From the NCBI GenBank assembly GCA_964486045.1, contig CAZALK010000004.1, forward strand, positions 160,001-224,000: DNA of 64,000 bases, written 5' to 3'. Below, piece by piece: positions 59,421 through 64,000 of the stretch (the stretch's first letter is position 1; every line of letters starts with the position of its first letter). The position numbers were made by a program, and so were the translations under genes. The stretch comes from an uncultured archaeon (GTDB lineage Archaea; Asgardarchaeota; Lokiarchaeia; Sigyniarchaeales; SOKP01). The notes below the pieces were generated by a model. It worked only from the letters and a program-made list of their open reading frames with translations, did no database searches and was not told where the DNA came from.

Positions 59421-60650
59421 ATGACTGAGATAAAAGAATCATTAAAAAATTTGAGCAAATTTGAAGAAGCAGCTTTAGCATGTGCTCAATGCGGACAGTG
59501 TAGGGTTGCTAATTGGCCATCGAAGGGAATATTTTACAGTTGTCCTGTTTATAAGACTGAGGGTATACCAAAATTTGATCCATTTATTCCTCGTGGTAAG
59601 AATCTTATCATGAAAGGTCTTCTTTGGGGTCATTTAAAACTAAGCCAAGAAATCAGTGATGTAATTTTTCAATGTACACTCTGTGGTCTATGTGAAGAAT
59701 TTTGTTTTAACTCTCAAAGCGAAAGTTTTGACTTTCCTTTACATAATATCATGGACCATGTCAATACATTTGAAGCTCTAAGAGCTGATTTAGTAGCTGC
59801 TGGATTTCCAATAGAATCTCAAGTTCCTATGAATAAAGCAATGGTTGAATTATTAAATCCCTACGAGCGTGATAATAAAGAAAAACACACTTGGACCGAA
59901 GAATTGGATTTCAAAATTAAAAATGCTTATACTGAAGACGCTGAAATTCTTTATTTTGTTGGATGTACCTCTGCATTAACTCCTCAAATCAAACATGTTG
60001 TTATAGCTTCTGCAAAAATATTCAATAAACTAGGCATTGATTTTTCTGTATTCGGAGAACGCGAAGTCTGTTGTGGGAGTGTAGGTATGAGAACGGGAGA
60101 CAGAAAATCTTTTGGAAAAGTTTCAGAACAGAACGCTAATTTATTTAAAGAAAGGGGAATAAAGAGGATTGTTACAAGTTGTGCTGGGTGTTATAGAACT
60201 TTTAAAAAGGATTATGGAGAAAACTTAGAAGGTATCGAGGTTCTCCATACAGTTGAATTTCTAAATGATATCATAACTGAAAAAAATGTGCAGTTAAAGA
60301 ACTTAGGGATAAAAACAACTTATCATGATCCTTGTCATCTAGGACGACATATGGGCGTATATGATGCGCCACGAGAATTATTAAACAAGATATCAACTCT
60401 GACTGAAATGAAAACGAATCGCAATGGTGCAATGTGCTGCGGAGCAGGGGGCGGTGTGAAAAAAGGGTTTCCAGAATTATCTATGGAGATGGCTAAAAAC
60501 CGCGTAAAAGAAGCTGAAGATACAGGCGCAGAATATTTGGTTAGTACGTGTCCATTCTGCTGGAGAAATCTATCTGACGCAATAGAGGCCCTTAACTCCA
60601 ATCTAAAAATGAAAGATTTAGTAGAATTAATTCTCGACTCTATTTCTTAA
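59421..60650 (+). CDS. Fe-S/CCG-domain oxidoreductase subunit (GlcF/HdrD-like)
   Basis: CAQCGQC, CTLCGLCEEFC, two CCG domains; paralog of 30576..31781. Confidence 0.9.
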   Translation: MTEIKESLKNLSKFEEAALACAQCGQCRVANWPSKGIFYSCPVYKTEGIPKFDPFIPRGKNLIMKGLLWGHLKLSQEISDVIFQCTLCGLCEEFCFNSQSESFDFPLHNIMDHVNTFEALRADLVAAGFPIESQVPMNKAMVELLNPYERDNKEKHTWTEELDFKIKNAYTEDAEILYFVGCTSALTPQIKHVVIASAKIFNKLGIDFSVFGEREVCCGSVGMRTGDRKSFGKVSEQNANLFKERGIKRIVTSCAGCYRTFKKDYGENLEGIEVLHTVEFLNDIITEKNVQLKNLGIKTTYHDPCHLGRHMGVYDAPRELLNKISTLTEMKTNRNGAMCCGAGGGVKKGFPELSMEMAKNRVKEAEDTGAEYLVSTCPFCWRNLSDAIEALNSNLKMKDLVELILDSIS

Positions 60651-60680
60651 AAAGAGCTTTAAAATTTTTTTTAAATTTAT

Positions 60681-61724
60681 TTATGCTTCTTGTTGTTCTG
60701 TCTGGCGAACGCTTGTTTTTTCTGGTATTCCCGGTTTGTCCTTATCTTCCCTAAACCATTTCACGGGTCTTCTTTCACGTGGCACCATTCCTTCTTGTTT
60801 AAATTTAGGGTATCCTATGCACAATGAACTAACACAAATCCATGGAGGTTCAATTCCTATTTCTTTCTTTAAAGTTGGGTGATAAGTAGCTCCTATTGCA
60901 AAAAAACCTGACCATGTAGCCTTAATACCTAATGAATTAGCAACCAAATTCATAGTCTGACCACATATTCCAATACTTATTTGAGGATCACCAATTGATC
61001 TTTTATCAGCAAGTAATAGTATTACCGCGGGGGCATTCAAACTTGGTGTTAATCCTCCTTCTGTTCCAACTGCACCCATCCCTCCAATAATAATTCTCGG
61101 ATCAAAACCCCCTACACCTCCTTTTACCATACTTTCAAGAGCTTTTACAGAATTATCATTCATATAGGAATTATGCAAATTTTTAATTATATTAATTGTG
61201 GTTTTGTCAATTTCCTCTATCATTTCTTTATTGGTGATAACTACAAATTTCCAGGGTTGGCAATTACCTCCACTTGGAGCAAATCTACCAGCTTCTAATA
61301 TTCTCTGAATTAAAGGTTCTGGAACTGGTTTATCTTTAAAATTTCTCACACTTCGTCTTGTAAGAACAGCTTTCTCAATTTCATTCCATTCTGCTGGATT
61401 TCCCTCAGTATTTTTGGGCTCAAGTGGCATTTCAGGGGGTAATGGATGCGGTTCGGTTTTAAAAACTCCTGCATCTACATGGTACGAATCAATTATTGAT
61501 ATTGCATTGTTCGGGCATGCTATTTTACAGTTATAGCAACTAAAACAGGCGTATTCTTCTTTTAGAATTGGAAACCCTTCATCATTTTTTTCCCAACATC
61601 GGAATGGGCAGTTTTGCATGCATAATTCACACTTATTACATTTGGCTTCATCAACTTTCATGACACCCATATGTACGTCATCCAAATTTGGGCGTAAAAT
61701 ATCTTTTACATCTTCCCATGGCAT
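60681..61724 (-). CDS. Ferredoxin-nitroreductase fusion
   Basis: Two CxxCxxCxxxCP motifs; RRSVRNF, APSGGNCQPW, IGYP. Confidence 0.9.
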   Translation of the reverse strand: MPWEDVKDILRPNLDDVHMGVMKVDEAKCNKCELCMQNCPFRCWEKNDEGFPILKEEYACFSCYNCKIACPNNAISIIDSYHVDAGVFKTEPHPLPPEMPLEPKNTEGNPAEWNEIEKAVLTRRSVRNFKDKPVPEPLIQRILEAGRFAPSGGNCQPWKFVVITNKEMIEEIDKTTINIIKNLHNSYMNDNSVKALESMVKGGVGGFDPRIIIGGMGAVGTEGGLTPSLNAPAVILLLADKRSIGDPQISIGICGQTMNLVANSLGIKATWSGFFAIGATYHPTLKKEIGIEPPWICVSSLCIGYPKFKQEGMVPRERRPVKWFREDKDKPGIPEKTSVRQTEQQEA

Positions 61725-61954
61725 AATTTTTTTATTTCTCCTTAAAAATTGCTTTTAGACATAAATTTTGAGTTATAAAATATTAAATTAACACTATTTT
61801 AAACTTTATACAATTCTTAAATTACAAAATTATTGGTTGGTTGAGAAAAATAAAGTCATTCAAAACCGAAATGTCGCTGTACGAGACTATAATAAAAAAT
61901 GTTGTAAAAAAAATTAGAGAATAAAATAATTAATTTTTGGATAATTTTTTTACT

Positions 61955-63007
61955 TTAAGCTTCTTGTTGACCTTTTGAAGGAACCTTTACTTCTTCTTTT
62001 ACTTCAGATCCTTCCGATTCTTCCTGGAACCAAGCTACGGGTCTGTACTCACGTGGTACAATCCCTTCTTGTTTAAATTTAGGATATCCAAGGCACATTG
62101 AGCTAGCAACAGTCCAAGGTTTCTCAATACCGAGTTTTTTCTTTATTGGTTGGAAAAAATTTACACCAGCAGCCATAAATCCATTCCAGCATGCTTTAAT
62201 TCCTATAGAATTCGCAACTAAATTCATATTCTGACCACAAATACCAAGGTTTAATTGAGGGTCTCCAATGGATCTTTCGTCAGCGAGAAGTAAAATAACA
62301 ACAGGTGCATCCATACTAGGAAAAAGTTCTCCATGCTTAGCAAGTGTACCAAAGCCTCCGAGCATAACTCGAGGATCAAAAGCCGAAACACTCAAAGGAG
62401 GGCCCTCTACCATAGATGCTAAACCCTGTACTGACGTATCATTCTTATACATATTGTATAAATTCTTGAGTAGATTTTTAGTAACCTTGTCAATTTCCGA
62501 AATTATTGCTTTATCGGTAATCACTATAAATCTCCAAGGTTGACAATTCCCTGCGCTTGGCGCAAATCTTCCGGCTTCCAAAACTCTCTCGATCAATGAT
62601 TTTGGTATTGGTTTATCCTTATAGTTTCTTACACTTCGACGAGTAAAAATTGCCTTTTCAATCTCATTCCATCCTGTTGGATTTCCTTCAGCGTCTTTAG
62701 CTTCACGTGGCATCTCAGCGGGGAGTGGATGTGGTTCAGTCTTCCAAAATCCATCATCCACATGGTAACTCTCTATTATGTTTACCGCATCATTTGGGCA
62801 GGCTACTTTACAGTTATAACAACTAAAACATTCATGATTCTCTTCAAAAATAGGAAATCCTTCATCATTCTTTCCCCAACAACGGAGAGGGCAGTTATCG
62901 ATACATAATCCACACTTATTACATTTATCCTCATCTACTTTCATAACCCCCATGTGGAGACTATCCAAATTGGGGCGTAATATATCTTTCACATCTTCCC
63001 ATGGCAT
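61955..63007 (-). CDS. Ferredoxin-nitroreductase fusion (tandem paralog)
   Basis: Same motifs; RRSVRNY, APSAGNCQPW. Confidence 0.9.
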   Translation of the reverse strand: MPWEDVKDILRPNLDSLHMGVMKVDEDKCNKCGLCIDNCPLRCWGKNDEGFPIFEENHECFSCYNCKVACPNDAVNIIESYHVDDGFWKTEPHPLPAEMPREAKDAEGNPTGWNEIEKAIFTRRSVRNYKDKPIPKSLIERVLEAGRFAPSAGNCQPWRFIVITDKAIISEIDKVTKNLLKNLYNMYKNDTSVQGLASMVEGPPLSVSAFDPRVMLGGFGTLAKHGELFPSMDAPVVILLLADERSIGDPQLNLGICGQNMNLVANSIGIKACWNGFMAAGVNFFQPIKKKLGIEKPWTVASSMCLGYPKFKQEGIVPREYRPVAWFQEESEGSEVKEEVKVPSKGQQEA

Positions 63008-63164
63008 AATTTACTTATCCTCCTTAATAATCATTCTTAGACATAAATATTGAGTTATAGAATATTATATTAACAATATTTTAAACTTTATACGGTTTTC
63101 AAAATAATTATGTTACATTTTAATTCTTAAAGGAGAATGCATTTAGAAATGATAAAAAAATTTC

Positions 63165-63529
63165 TTACTTGGTTTTCAAAACTATTCCATCTTCCTTCAA
63201 AATAACTATGTTACTTTCTAATTCCTCAAAGGAGAATGAATTTAGAAACTTTTCAAATTTTGGAAGAACATTTTCATCAATTAAGGGATGGATATCAATT
63301 AGAATTAAAAAATCTTCATTTTCCGCTTTAATTCAATGAAATCTTTATCATATGTTATAAGAATGCGACTTTCTTTACTGGCTATTTCTAGAAGGGTGCT
63401 ATTTTTCACCCCTCTTTTGTTCAAATCTTGAACTGTAATAGCATCATATCCTTTAGAGATCAATAGCTTTCTTAAGTTATTAGATACGTTTTCATCTAGT
63501 AAAAATTTTGCTTCATGAGATTGAGGCAC
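63165..63529 (-). pseudogene. DUF5615-type PIN-like toxin with a frameshift
   Basis: FLLDENV..RILITYDKDF, then continues in another frame LILIDIHPLIDENVLPKFEKFL..IVILKEDGIVLKTK* (one base missing near 63320). Confidence 0.75.
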
Positions 63530-63740
63530 TTTCCTCTTCCTCGATTATTTTTCTTGCGTATCTAACAGTAGCAGATATATCTTCTTTGGATAACTCGGGG
63601 TAAGCATCCATAATCTCCTCAAATGTTTTCCCTGCTTCTAACCATTCAAGAATAATTGAAATTATCATACGAGTTCCTTTTATGCGTGGTTTACCATGGC
63701 ATATTTCAGGATCTATTTCAATTTTCTCCTCAATTACCAT
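63513..63740 (-). CDS. DUF433-family antitoxin
   Basis: IDPEICHGKPRIKGTR..ILEWLEAG..EEIMDAYPEL. Confidence 0.92.
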   Translation of the reverse strand: MVIEEKIEIDPEICHGKPRIKGTRMIISIILEWLEAGKTFEEIMDAYPELSKEDISATVRYARKIIEEEESASIS

Positions 63741-64000
63741 TACTATTATCTCAACATGCTAATTACAAATATAAGAATATACTTCTTCATTAAATAAATG
63801 ATCAAATCTCAATTAATATTTATCTTTCTCAAATTGAATTTGAAAGTAAGTAACCCTATATTGCACAAAAGAAATTACTCGGTTTTGCTAAAATCATTCA
63901 ACAACTTAGTTAATCCATACCTTAAATGATTTGCACCACAATAGCCAAGTTATTGAATTGAAGGATTTTACTTTCTTATAAGACTTCATTAAAGATATTT

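Noticed and set aside
1-64000. Many short ORF-track entries antisense to or overlapping long genes (e.g. 2677, 6025, 11536, 29490, 32615, 39284, 48840, 56375)
   Set aside because: They are shadows of well-supported genes; their recurrence mirrors the paralogous genes on the other strand
1-64000. CRISPR array, tRNA, rRNA, transposase or integrase
   Set aside because: No regularly spaced repeats, cloverleaf-like segments or recognisable recombinase motifs were seen by eye

Overview
AT-rich archaeal chromosomal DNA, most likely from an Asgard archaeon of the Lokiarchaeia. This assignment is an inference from a Loki-CTERM-like IPGY-TM-basic tail, several longin-like domains and archaeal-type PIN/RHH modules. 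The window is dominated by paralog-rich lipid/organic-acid catabolic and redox genes: four related alpha/beta hydrolases, acyl-CoA ligases, a thiolase, a 3-hydroxyacyl-CoA dehydrogenase, five FAD-linked oxidoreductases with two CCG-domain Fe-S partners, two OYE-type flavoproteins and two ferredoxin-nitroreductase fusions. It also carries a putative arsenic/metalloid locus (Cys-rich MarR, an unannotated 47-aa Cys-rich peptide, a methyltransferase, arsM), a dsrEFH/tusDCB-like operon, five toxin-antitoxin modules (three with broken toxins) and many gene-end relics. Other notable structure includes a perfect 190-bp inverted repeat inside two oxidoreductase paralogs bracketing about 12.3 kb, and a 149-bp multi-hairpin element. 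No rRNA, tRNA, CRISPR array or transposase was recognised. All calls are by eye, without database searches.
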